DNA of 64,000 nucleotides from Chlorokybus atmophyticus. Taxonomy: Eukaryota > Plantae > Mesostigma and Chlorokybus algae. Shown one piece after another: positions 40,335-52,521 of this stretch. The translations under genes and the position numbers were made by a program. The stretch is taken from positions 153,240 through 217,239 of the forward strand of contig RHPI01001010.1 in NCBI GenBank assembly GCA_009103225.1, written 5' to 3'. Below the pieces are notes generated by a model. It had not been told where the DNA came from. It saw only the letters and a list, made by a program, of their open reading frames with translations, and did no database searches. The stretch's first letter is position 1, and each line of letters begins with the position of its first letter.

Positions 40335-42949
40335 TACTCTAGCCCCCTTCGATGTGACTTTTTCCGGTCTCGACGTGTCTTCAGACTGATCCTCGGCACT
40401 CCAAAAGCATGTCGGCGGGTAATGGATACATGACTCTCGTCTACATTTTGTTTGGGGGGATCCAGACGAAAGGCAGGGTGCAGCCAAGTCTGAAACGGGT
40501 CCGGATCGTATGTGACTCGTCAATTATATAACTTCAATGAAGTCAATCCGACGTCACAGACAGTACCGGTATGCACCTTGAGCCGTTGCCATACTCCGGT
40601 CGGATGTAACTTATCGTGCCGGTGTAACTATTCGAATCTGTACACGAAAGGGCCAACTTGAAACAGGTGCCCAAGCCGTGTACCATTGCCGTTGGTCGGC
40701 CAAGTAGCGATGCATGTACCCACCGGTTAAAAGATGTAGCCTTTGCCTTCGTCGTAGGTTTGACACATGCGTCGGCGTATGACAGGGTGGAAGTGGCTCC
40801 GGATCACGAGGCTCCGCGCCGTCGACTCCAAGCGTCCCTCGACCGGATAGGCCTGGCAGCAAGATTACCGTACTGCTAGGAAAGATCCGAATTTTCAATA
40901 ACCCCAAAAGTTAAACCAGAGGTGATGCTCACCGCAATCTTGGTTGACGGTTCCCGTTAACGACGCCAGGGCAAACGAATGACAGTGCGGCTGCGACTGC
41001 GGGCTCTGCTTGGCTGGAGCGCACACGTTGTATCTAGCACGTTGAATCCGTTTCGACAGGTTAAGGCCGCATAAGGACATGCACCTGTGAACTACAGTAT
41101 AGCATTCATCGATGACAATCGAATGAGCACAGCCATGTGCACCGTGTGCATTTGGCGCCACCTGGATCTTCAGATTCTGATAACAACAATAATACCATAT
41201 TGCAGTCAAGGTGTATAATGAGCTTGAGTATAAGTTGTAAGAGATTTTTTCGTAGTATGTTCAGGCAATACATATCTTTAATCTGTATACATACAGTATG
41301 AACCCACTCACAACTGTACAATACCGTATTTGTTATGACCAAATCGTATACTAGTATGTACATCAATATATATAGTCATAAGGCATGAACGAATACATGA
41401 ATGCAATGCATGATATATTCGATAATTACAACCATGACATACCAGATTTGAGACGTTTTTTTATGAGCCCTAGACTGTACAAATAAGATGACATGTAGTT
41501 CGGTTCGCTTTTCGATTGAATAAGGCTGCTAATACCGTAATGTCAAGCAACGGCCAAGGTGTGAGAAAGCAGGTTGCGTGGCGCTTCAAATGACTGTGGA
41601 CTGGGAAAGGGACCTTAATTTTGCAGCAACTTTCAGTCTCGTGCACTTCTATCGATTAAGCTACTTTAATACCATAATGCTCAACGGCCGCGATGCACTA
41701 CGGGTCGCGTGACATCACGAGTGACTGTCCAATCTGTGGGGGCGGCATGGAAAGGCACCTTAATTACGCAGCGCATTTTCTATCAGTCATCACGACGCGC
41801 GTCACTCGTCACAACATGCGTCCGATCTCACGGCGCGACTTGCTATGCGCCGCGATATTTATGGGCTGGACGCTTGCGGTGAGCATAACAAACGAAGGGG
41901 TAATTTACTCGCGTTGAGCGGCGGTTTGTCGGATGTTCGTAAACCACTTTGCGCCGTCGAATGCATGAGAACCCCTTAATGGGCCTCTACAAGGCGTTTA
42001 TAGACCTTGTTAAGGGCCTGCATGACCGTTATAATGAAATTTCGCAGCGCCTCCGGCGCAAAAAAAGAAAGTACCTTGCGACGTGAACAAGAAGGTAAAC
42101 AAGTAAAAAGTGTTGGAACATTGATCCGAAATCATTGATCCAGGATCATTTTCTACAAACTACAGCAGAGGTGTAGGATTACGCGGCGCTAGCATTGCGA
42201 CAATCACGTGTAACGACCCAAGGTGTAAGTAATCACACCTTTGCAAATTGTGCACAAATTGCAATGCAAACTGGCCTACAAACCGCAACCGCATTACGGC
42301 CGTCATTGTCACGTTTGTCATTACAGTGTAAGCCGAGCAGCTTGTGCTCAAGGCACTTGACCAAGTGCGCCGCACACAGGTACGGATACAATACGCGATC
42401 GGAGTCGGAACCCCTTCGTCTACGGAGACGCCCGCGGAGACACCGGACGGCCGCCGCGCGGCCGGCGCCCCGCCGGCCCCGCGCGTCTCCGGTTAACCGA
42501 GGCGTCGGCGGTCGACGCGCACGCGCCGACGCTGACGCCATTAACGTCGGCGGCCACGCCCGTTGCAACGGAGCTGGGGCGGTGGTCTGGGCGGGCGGGA
42601 AGGCGGCGAGCTCCTTGCCGCCTCCGCCCGGCGAGCAGCGGAGAGAGGGCGGCGGAGGGCAGGGTGGTGTGGGCGAACCGGAAGGTGGCGAGCTTTTCGC
42701 CGCCTGCTCCCTGCAGGCAGCGGAGAGACGGCTGCGCTGGGCAGGGTGGTGTGGGCCGGGAGAGGGCGATGGGTGACTGGCGGTGAGTGGGGCGCGAGCG
42801 AAGCAGCTGCTTTGTCGTTTGTAGGTTAGGTTTTCATAAGAGTTCAATCGTTGGCTTGTTAGCAGTCGCTGCAGTTGCAGGGGGTGTTCTGTGCCTAGGC
42901 TTACTTATTTAATGAATGGCTTACAAGACTGCAAGAGTGTGTATAGAAC

Positions 42950-43760
42950 TGGCTGACAGTTGCAGGGTTGTTGTGTGTGTAGGCATACACATACACGCAC
43001 ATTACATGTAGCAACTGTAAGAGTGTGACTGGCGAACAATTGCAGTGTTTGTTTTAAGTGTATGCGTGCACACGCATGCAAGCGTACACACACACACTAT
43101 ATGCACGCAGCAGCTGTACCAGTGTATGCGTGTGTACTTGACTGACGCACACTGCATGCAGCAACTGTAAGAGTGTGTGATTGCAGTGTTTGTTTTAAGT
43201 GTATGCGTGCACACGCATGCAAGCGTACACACGCACAGTATATGCACGCAGCAGCTGTACCACTGTATGCGTGTGTCCTTGACTGCGCACGAACACTGCA
43301 TGCAGCATCTTTAAGAGTGTGTGACTGGGGAACAATTGCAGTGTTTGTTATAAGTGTAGGCGTGCACAAGCATGCATGCGTACACTCACACACACAATGC
43401 ACGCAGCAGCTGAACCGGTGTACTCGTGTGTACTTGACTTGTACTTGACTGGCAATAGTTGCAGGGTTTGTTGTATGTGTAGGCGTGCACATGCACGCGC
43501 ACACACACGCACAGTGCACGCAGCAGCTGTACAAGTCTAAGGGTGTACATGACTGGCAATAGTTGCAGGGTTTGTTGTATGTGTAGGCACATGCTTGTTT
43601 TGTTCAAGCATAGGCGTGCACATGCACGCGCACACATACGCACAATGCACGCAGCAGCTGTACAAGTCTAAGTGTGTACATGACGGGCGACAGTTGCAGG
43701 GTTTGTTGTATGTGTAGGCACACGCATGCAATCACATCCACGCACGCACACAGCATGCCA
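42950..43760. repeat. Degenerate CA/TG-rich minisatellite array (units of about 100-150 bp)
   Basis: Recurring GCAGTGTTTGTT(T/A)TAAGTGTA.GCGTGCAC (~43043, 43182, 43339), TTGCAGGGTTTGTTGTATGTGTAGGC (~43458, 43563, 43694) and GCACGCAGCAGCTGTAC. Confidence 0.85.
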
Positions 43761-45850
43761 CACACATTCATGCGTACATCAGCAGGCACCAAGGGGTGCT
43801 GTGGACGTGCACACGCACACGTGAGACATTGGTGGGAATGGGTGGGTGTTATTTATTGTGTGGGCTGGGTTGGCAACGGTGCAATGTGCATGTGTGGGCT
43901 TGCTTAGCACTCGCTCATTGCTGCCATGCTGCCTGTTTGTGGTGTGACACGTATGCTATGCTGTGCATACATTGCTGACATGCCCGATACATGTACTCTG
44001 TCTACACACACAAAGTGCACGCAGCAGCTGTGACGCCTGCCACTCACATCGGGTAAGCAGCAGACTTCAAGACTGAACAGCAGCACTTACGAAAGTGCTG
44101 CACACAACCACACCCCACACGGGATGGAGGAGGGCCCCTTAAACAATCAGGCTAGGCACCCCACACACAGGAGTAGAGTCCCAAAGGTCTGATGCCTCAA
44201 CACACGTTGAGCCAGCCTTATATACTCTCACTGCTGCCCTCCCGACCCAGCACAGCAACGGCTGAGGCTTGCTTGCCTCATCACTGCTGCATTGACCATA
44301 CTCTTGTGTAAGGATGTCCATCCATCCTTACACCTCGGGACCTGCTCCATGGCAGCCTCAAGCATGCGTGACAATGTCACATTGATGTGACCATGTCACA
44401 TCGGCACCGAGCAGCTCTGTGCAAGCCCACTCATGCCTTGTGTAGTTCATCATACCCAAGGCCACATGGGCTCAAGGGTAGGCTGTACTGCATGAACGAA
44501 CTCCACAAGCAGTACACATGCTTATGAAGCCAAATCATCACACAGCCTGACTTACTACCATAAGTAAGTATTTCAGGGTGATACGCCCTGCCCTGTAGGC
44601 GTGACAGCAGCTTCAAGAGTGGGTCAATGACTGGCGTCAAGGTTTTTGCATGTGCAACTCTTGTGTATTATGTATACACATGCGTGCAGGTGAGTATTAC
44701 TATGCTTGCTTGCATGACCAATGGGGTGGTAGTCATAGTGTAGGTGGTAGTCATTGTCACGCCCAAGAGGCAAGGCTTGACTCGTTCTCATGTACTGCCT
44801 GCTATAGCATAGCTTGACAGTTGGTTGCAGAGCTCATTCCATGTGTGAGTACAATGCATAGTGGATTGTGGTTTGCAACTAGTCTGTGAGCCCAAGGATC
44901 TTAAGCAAGGAATTGGTCAAGTGCTGAGCAGCCAGCACAGGGCCATTCAGTACGCAGTCACATGATGTGATGTGACATGCTCTGTTGCCTCATGTGAGGA
45001 CAACCCCGCGTTGGTATCATCCGCATAAGGGTGCTCTGCTAAGACAAGCAGACACTGATCAGTCAAGTGATGTGCTTGACTTGTAGTGCTATAGCCTAAG
45101 GTGACGGACCACATGGCTAAGGTCAGCACGTGTGGAGGAGAGGGCACTTAGCTAGCTGGCTGATAAGGTGCACCTCTGCTGCCAATATGTGGCCAAGTGG
45201 AAGGCAGCAGATAGGGGTATATAAGGAGGATGCTGGCATTGTCCGGACATCACTAGTTGGGGGTTTCTTATGCCCACTACTGTGTGAGGGGTGCTTGGCG
45301 GTAGCTGTTCAAGGGGCCTTCCAGTGCTCTATGTTGGCTAGGCTGTGAGTTGTATGGTGTGAGGAGCGGAGCGAGGAGGTCTGCCTGCAACACGGGTTTG
45401 CCTTTTAAGAGCCTGCCCTGAAGAGGAGGACTTAGGCTTCCCCTGCTGTAACGGTTCTGCTTAGAGACTGAGTAGAGCTGTATTGCATACACTGTGGCAT
45501 GACTGATAGTGTTTGCATATGTATGCTAGTGCTCAGTTGTATTGGTTAGCTAAGTTGTTTGAAGTAGAACTGGCCCTGGGTGGTCAGCCTTGCAGTCATA
45601 GTGTAGGTGGTAGCTGAGTAACTAGATTAGTGAAGCCCGGTGGTAAGTAGTACTTGCTGCTGTTGGCATGCTGTGCGTTCATTACTTGAATGTAACATGC
45701 ATGGACATACGCACCTCATTTCATGTACATTGTGGCACATGTATCTACACAGCCAGCCAGCACTAATTCCCGCCCACTTCACTTACAGGTACACTACCTA
45801 GACTTCAAGCATGGCTATCAAGGTGCTTATGTATACACACATGTACATGC

Positions 45851-48800
45851 TCAACTCTTAACGCAATCAAGGCATGCCTCCTCTGCTCCTGCATCGTCAT
45901 AAAAAGCTTTACGCTTGCCGGAGCGTTGCGCGCGCAGCTTATCACAAAGCTGTGTGATCGTCATTGCTTTTCCTCGACGGTGTTGTGCGGTGTCATTCCT
46001 GTGAGCATCAAGTCGCATTACTGCATCCTCTTCAGATATGTCAAAGTCTTTGGCCGTCCTCATTACATGCTGATAGATGATGTTGCGCTTGTCGAAAAGC
46101 TTCGCCATGGCGCGGTCTCCTTGCCGCCAGGCTGTCTCATGCAATTGCATAAGCTCTCAAACTGCTGGTCCACCATCCAAGCCGGATGTGTATTCGGTCC
46201 AGATGTCCACCACAGTCGACAACTCCTTTTGCAACTGATATTTTGGCGGAATGCCGCGTGCGTTCGACTTAGCCTGAGGGAGTGGTTGCGACGTCGATGC
46301 ACGATGTGTATCTCTGGCAGATGCTGCAGAGCGTACGTTATTGCCTGCTGAGCTGTCCGCTCCGAAGTGCACTCCCTGTTGTGCAAATCTTTCACACATG
46401 CAGCGCTCCATGCGAGTGAGTCTCACATCCACAGACGCCTCGAAAGCAATTAGCATCTGCTGCTGCGCTGTCACGTGGTCCATTACCATCTGCAGTAGCC
46501 GCTCTTGCTGTCGCATGATGACGGCAATCTTCACAACACTCAATATTAACATGTATTTAATTATACAGGCTGTTTATTGAAATGAGTTTGACACATTACA
46601 TTACATGCTCAAAATAACATACCCGCTCAGGCAGTGTGTTGTACTGTGGGTTTGGCGCATCCATTGACTGATCGTGAGCAACACATACTTGTGCGGCCAA
46701 AGCCTCAAACTCAGGAGTCTGGAACATAGAGTGTGCACATACGCTCAGAGCGACAAATCCGCACTGCTGCACATCGCCCCGCGTCAACGTTATGTCACGG
46801 CGCATAACAGCTACATCCTGAGTGATCAATACAACAAGTTATGCATTGTTCACATATGGGCATCAAAAATTTGCATTACCCCATAACGTCAAGCATGTTT
46901 CTGAGCAATGACGTCACGCATGTAATCGAGGAACTCGCAGTGCTTGTAAGCGGCATGATCGGTCTGACCAGACGCTCGCTCTCTTTGGCAATACACGCTT
47001 GTTATTAAACAAATGAATAAATAATACAACAACATACACAAACAAACACATCATGTCTGCTCCTACCGCGCGTATCGCCTCCATAGCCTCATCAAGCCAT
47101 GGGAAAATCTCACGCCGTAGTGTATGCGGTAGTGAAAATCGGGAGCGCGCCAGAATGTATTTCGATGACAGTTGCTCACCACCGTGCCCGGCTATCACAG
47201 CGCAAGTAGCCACGTCCAACTTGGTGATGTACGACAATGAAAAGTGCTCATTGTTCCATCTTCCATTCTGCCTAATCCCTTGCTCTGTAGCGCTGCATAG
47301 CATAAGTATATAAGTTTACATGCTAGCGCAGCCATTCACCATTGAAGCAACAACGCATGTAAGACTTACCCTGCATTTATAGCTTGCTGCGATGACTCCT
47401 TTCGCGAAGCATGTACCTTCTGCCTCTCGCGCACAATATCGCACTCTTTAAACGCCTCACAAGCGTTAATGTACTGCTGCTTGTATGACAGGTGCTTGCT
47501 GGGGTCTTCTCCTGGAAACAGTGGTTCTGCATACCTGTTGAAATGATCACAAGTGTGTTGACTGAATCATATACGTTGCATCTATAACTTAGTCATATAA
47601 CTCGATCATATACGTTGCATTTATAGTGAGTTATAGCTATAACTCACGAGCAGCATTGACAGACTTTACACACTAACCAAGCTGCTCGTATTGAGAAGTC
47701 TGGCGGTGGGCGCTCCTGCAAGTGATACTTATGGAAGAGGTGCATCGCCATTGCGTTCTGCCAGCACGCTACTGGGTTCCAATGCCCAAGCCCGCCAAAG
47801 TACTCAACTCCACCATTCCGTTGAACGAACATATTTGTGGTTAACTTATGTGGTATCGCATGCATGCCACATTAAACTCTTATTAAATCAAGCCGTGCGC
47901 ATGCAACATATGTACCTTGTTCATCTTGCCGTTTCGAGACACAAAGCACAGGATGACGCCTTGATCCGGGCCTAAAAAGGTCTTGTCGGGCTTGTAGATG
48001 AAAAGATCGCAGATCTCTACAGCGCGAGAAACATCTCCACGCGTGAGACACACGTGCCGTAAACACAAATCAAGCCTAGAGTGCATACACAAAATGTTGA
48101 ACAATAAACATAATGCGAACACAAGCATCTGACTACTGTACATACCGTGCTCTGAGTGCTGCTGCCTGTTTTCCTGCGTTCCCTGATCGCAGCGCCTTTT
48201 GCAACCAATACTCGCTCATCCGTCGATAATCATCTGCAGTGTACAACTCCGCACCTGTGCCGGCCAACCGATCGCGGAACTCACTGTTATAACAATCAAT
48301 CATAATGCATAAGGTAAATAAATAAGAAGTTGTGCAATGAAACATACTTGGACTGCAATATGTGTAATACACACACATGCTCGAAGTGTAGTACATGCAT
48401 GCAGTGCTTACGCTTTTGCTTTGCTGGAGATGTTTCGTTTGGCTACATTTAAGATAAGCTGCACCGCTTGCTTCTTTCGCAAGTCTTCAGGAAGACAGTC
48501 ATCTACAACACTTTGATCTTTCAAAGCATCCTGCAAGCCCTTCACATCATTCTCCAAAGTGCTCCAAGACTGGTCTTGTTTAGAGATTAGAAACTCTAAC
48601 GCGCGATCAATGGTTACGCGCGTTAGTAGGCCATGCTCTGTGCACCAACCCTGCAAACATGTACATGCACACTTCAGTCAGCATGCCATCATGTCGTCAC
48701 ACATTATGTTGATGCTCCAAGACACTTAGGCCTCATACCTCATAAGCCTTCACAGCGCGTATATAGGCAGCTCTTGTGAACGATGGTCGAGCTGCTTGCT

Positions 48801-48882
48801 TGGCCGATAAGAGATTCGACACTGTTCGTCTGTGAAACGGCGCCTGCTGCATATCATCATCATCAAAGCCTTCGTTGTCCAT
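45851..48882 (-). mobile_element. Crypton (CryptonF-like) tyrosine-recombinase transposon gene with introns: NDC10-II-like YR plus C-terminal GCR1_C; decayed. Element ends not defined.
   Basis: Spliced reading: MDNEG...RPSFTRAAYIRAVKAYE|GWCTEHGLLTRVTIDRALEFL...|...YTADDYRRMSEYW...LRAR|LDLCLRHVCLTRGD...RNGKMNK|NGGVEYFGGLGHWNPVAC...PPPDFSIRAAW|YAEPLFPG...LSYKQQ...KVHASRKG|...IRQNGRWNNEHFSLSY...REIFPWLD...QDVAVMRR...|...YQLQKELSTVVDIWTEYTSGLDGGPAV*ELMQLHETAWR...LFDKRNIIY. The R-K-HxxR-W-Y catalytic set is present. One in-frame TGA (46157-46159) and two apparently damaged splice sites. Confidence 0.85.
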
Positions 48883-48918
48883 TGTGGCTTGACGGGCGTT
48901 CCTGCCCACACCTCATTG

Positions 48919-49357
48919 AGTTGCCACAGCAAGACACAACAGCAACAACAACCACCAGCACTTGTGCTGGTCGTTGTTGTTGTTGCCACAGCAAGACACA
49001 ACAACAACCACAACAACCACAACAGCAACAACAACAACCAGCACAAGGGCTGGTTGTTGTTGTTGCCACAGCAAGACACACCAACAACAATAACAACCGC
49101 AACAACAACAACCAGCCCTTGTGCTGGTTGTTGTTGTTGTTGCCACAGCAAGACACAGCGACAACAACAACAACAACAGCGACAACAACCACCAGCACTT
49201 GTGCTGGTCGTTGTTATTGTTGCCACAGCAAGACACAACAACAACAACAAGCGCTAAGTGTTGCAACAAATGCTGGTTGTTGTTGTTGTTGCCACAGCAA
49301 GACACAACAACAACAACAAGAGCTTGTGCGTGTTGTTGTGGTTGTGGCAACACTTAG
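48919..49357. repeat. Tandem array of six hairpin-forming units directly upstream of the Crypton start codon
   Basis: GCCACAGCAAGACAC marker at 48923, 48985, 49065, 49142, 49222, 49291, each followed by (CAA)n-core-(TTG)n inverted arms. Confidence 0.9.
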
Positions 49358-50790
49358 CAAGCAACAGTAATAACATGGACGACATATGCTTACAGGGTTG
49401 ATGTCGCTGTGTGATGTCGCTGTGAATCCTTGCTTTGCTGCCGTGAGCTACACCTGCTCCTGATATGCCGCACCTGCATGTACGCGTGTAAGCGCGCGTA
49501 TTGCAAAGACAGAGTGATAGAGCATGTGCATGCTCATGCGTGCGTGTATGTATGGCCAAGTGTGTGCTTTGTGTGCGTTGGTGCAACGATTTCCCCTCCC
49601 CACCCGCTTACGCACTGGAGCCACCGCTCTACGCACACATCCTTACGCACAGCAGCCTGCTGTGCGTAAGGATGGCTCCACCGCCGCTTGGTGCTTTGAG
49701 CCGTGCATTGCAAGCGCAAGCAGCGCCTGCACCCTTAAATTATCTAATCCATGAGAGCACTGACCCCTTTTCCCACTCCTTCAAGCTACTTTTAGCGCCG
49801 CCGCCGCCGCCAATGCCAACCTGACGCTCACTGCTAAGCGTTACTCTCGTAACGCTTAGGCTGGGGGAAGAGGAGAAAACTTAATACCTAATCACTACTT
49901 GGTTATGTACATATAACGTACCTAACCTAAATGACTGGCGGAGACATAATTGTCTACACACACAGCCGGCACACTGTCATGCCTATCGCCCGGGCATGCC
50001 AGTCGTCATCGGGTATGCCCACAGCGAGACCCTCGCCCGACATAGCAGCATGGCGACCCGCGCGCGTCACTGACCAGTAGCTAGGTCATGTCTCTAGAGT
50101 AGCTCATGACCATAGCCTACATAGGCACCGCGCATAGCTGTTCAGTTGTGAGTTCAATTATAAGTTGGGTTCTATATCGAGTGGGGATTTCTTGTCGAAA
50201 TAGCCTCGATATGACCGTTAGCTTATGTTCTGGACAGTCATGAGTTGACTTGTATAAGTAGGCACAGTGTTCACCGGATCAGCTGGTGACACTGTAAGTG
50301 AGAAAGCTAAGAGCTTGTGAAGCGACTTGAGCTACGAAACACGCCGTCCCGGTTCCCCAGAATCCCCTCACCGTGTGAGAGCCTGTGCATGTTCTTGTGC
50401 ACTGTGCTTGTCCTTGTTGTGAGCTTGGTGTACTTGGTCGCGGGGTGCTTGTTGGCATCAGTCAGGGCATAGCATCCACGTGTTGCTTGCTCATTCACCT
50501 CACTTAACAGTGTAATTTCTCTTCCACTCATGCAAAGAACTGTGTAAACAGCGCTACCTATAGTAGTGGCTTGTTGACTTACAGTGTCACCCTCTTTGCT
50601 CAAGTGAGTGTAGTTGCAGGCTGCACATCAGCATCACAATCTGTAGTTGTACACATCGCAGTGCATCGTTGTCACCGTCATTGCATAGCGCGCACAAGCG
50701 CTAGTGTGTTGGGTGATAACAGCATTGGAGATCCCATTGTAGAGCACAAACACTCTACCCTTCATCCACTTTTACCATCGCATCAGCTGT

Positions 50791-52521
50791 ATGAGCAGGC
50801 CCACCCCTTTCTCGCCAATAGAAGAAGGGAACCTCAACAGCTGGAGCCCGACTCCCAACCTTACCTACGAGCGCGCATGTGAAGGGAGCGATTACCGTAG
50901 CAGCAGAGGCTCACGCCCCGTCTCCGACTTCACCTCCTCTCACTCCACTCCTCGACAACGAGCATCTCCACCACCGTCGGACAGTGACGACGAGGAGATG
51001 GAGCCTTCCAGCTCAACCAACTCCCTACGCTTCTCCGGACGCCCTGGCACCACCTCACTTGACGAGTTCATCATTAAGTTCCACTCCAAGATGCGGCAGC
51101 AAGCCCTCAAGAGCAAGGACTGGACAGATGAGGTATCGTTTCATGTGTCCGCTCAATACCTTGATCACGAAGCGCATGATGTGTGGAAGTCTGTTGCTGA
51201 GTTGCACAAGATTGATGGCTATGGCGAGTTGGCCAGCACAATAGCCTCCACATCACTGCATAGCCCATCGGTTACTGTCCCTGTAGCAGCGGCCCCGCCA
51301 GCCTCAGTCACGGGTCTCACTCTAGCTGTAGCCATGGAGAAGGCAGAGAATGAAGAAGTTGAGGTGGTAGTGGCCTCATTGACTCCTGCAGAGATCGAAA
51401 GCCAGAAGGCCGAGCGCCGGATCAGGATACTCAACCGCACCGCCGCCATCATCAGGGAGCAACAACAGGAGCAGCAAGCTGCGGCATTGAAGATGGGTAC
51501 GCCCCTGCTACCAACACCGAACTCGCGTGCTCCAGCGGGAGGCATTGTTTTCACCCTCGGCTCAGTGGCATTGCGTGCACCCGCGCTTACGGTGGGCGCG
51601 GCCATGTCGGACTCTCCGTTGAAGGACCTCCACGCCGCACTCCGGCGCACTTTCCCACCTCCAACCAACAGCAAGGTGGAGGAGTTGAGGCGTTTTCGAT
51701 GGAAGCCCAACGAGGACCCTCTCCGACTGTATTCACGGTTGGAAGGGTTGCTTAAAGACACTGATTACAAGTTCATCATCGAGGAGGCGGCAGCAGTGGT
51801 GTATGTGGCCGAGTTGGATCCCACCCTAAGTAAGTCAACGCGCCTGACGCTGAACTACAGCAGGCCCCTCGGCTACACCCTCAAGGAAGCTTTCGAGACT
51901 GCACAAGCCATCCATAAGCGCGCAGTGTATCAGAAAGCGGTGCTGGACACCAACCGCAGTGCCTCGCGGCCAATGGCAGGCACAAATGCAGAGCCCCTTC
52001 GGCGGGACCGCAGCCGAGAGCCGCAAGGCATCCACAACAAGGAGAAACGGTCAGCTCATGCTGCCCTTGTGGCTCCAGTGCTGTGCCACCGGTGTGGTCG
52101 ACATGGTCACTACCAAAAGGAGTGCACCGAAGATTACGGCAACCTTGTGTGCGACTACTGCCACAAGACGGGACACTTGGAGACAGTATGCTGGCTCAAG
52201 TTCCCTGAGCTGCGGCCCTCTATTGGCTACAACAACGGCAACAACGCTGTTGGCTACCGCGGCAACAACAACAACAACAACAACGGGGGCTACAACAACA
52301 GCAACCACGCTGGCGGCTACAACAACAGCAACAATGCTGGTGGTCGCAACAATAGCCACAACGCTGGTGGCCACAACCCCAACAACAACAACGCCGGGGC
52401 CCGCAAGGAAGAAGCTGGCTACAGAGGGAAAAACCGCCCTCCACAGCACAAAGGACCTGAGGGACGTCCTCGCGCCGGAGCTACTGCTGTAAAGGCAACA
52501 GCCAATCCACCAGCCTATTGA
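50791..52521 (+). CDS. Gag-like ORF with two CCHC zinc knuckles
   Basis: 576-aa ORF with CHRCGRHGHYQKEC and CDYCHKTGHLETVC, then an Asn/Gly-rich tail. The frame appears to continue after a +1 shift (IDQVAALMARVAQLEE). Confidence 0.85.
   Translation: MSRPTPFSPIEEGNLNSWSPTPNLTYERACEGSDYRSSRGSRPVSDFTSSHSTPRQRASPPPSDSDDEEMEPSSSTNSLRFSGRPGTTSLDEFIIKFHSKMRQQALKSKDWTDEVSFHVSAQYLDHEAHDVWKSVAELHKIDGYGELASTIASTSLHSPSVTVPVAAAPPASVTGLTLAVAMEKAENEEVEVVVASLTPAEIESQKAERRIRILNRTAAIIREQQQEQQAAALKMGTPLLPTPNSRAPAGGIVFTLGSVALRAPALTVGAAMSDSPLKDLHAALRRTFPPPTNSKVEELRRFRWKPNEDPLRLYSRLEGLLKDTDYKFIIEEAAAVVYVAELDPTLSKSTRLTLNYSRPLGYTLKEAFETAQAIHKRAVYQKAVLDTNRSASRPMAGTNAEPLRRDRSREPQGIHNKEKRSAHAALVAPVLCHRCGRHGHYQKECTEDYGNLVCDYCHKTGHLETVCWLKFPELRPSIGYNNGNNAVGYRGNNNNNNNGGYNNSNHAGGYNNSNNAGGRNNSHNAGGHNPNNNNAGARKEEAGYRGKNRPPQHKGPEGRPRAGATAVKATANPPAY

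Noticed and set aside
45000-45420. Possible LINE RT remnant (PYADDT and VLQADLLAPLL on the - strand)
   Set aside because: Motif spacing of about 120 codons is too long, stops intervene, and no other RT motifs are present.
48919-49357. CRISPR-like regular repeats
   Set aside because: Eukaryotic context, no cas genes, and the inter-repeat sequences are related CAA/TTG hairpins rather than unique spacers.
48750-49370. Poly-Q, poly-V and poly-C ORFs on both strands
   Set aside because: By-products of the hairpin array; the real Crypton start appears at 48882.
50722-50745. Primer-binding site (TGGAGATCCC, tRNA-Ala-like)
   Set aside because: Only about 7 bases fit, it does not abut the presumed LTR end, and the LTR end itself is uncertain.
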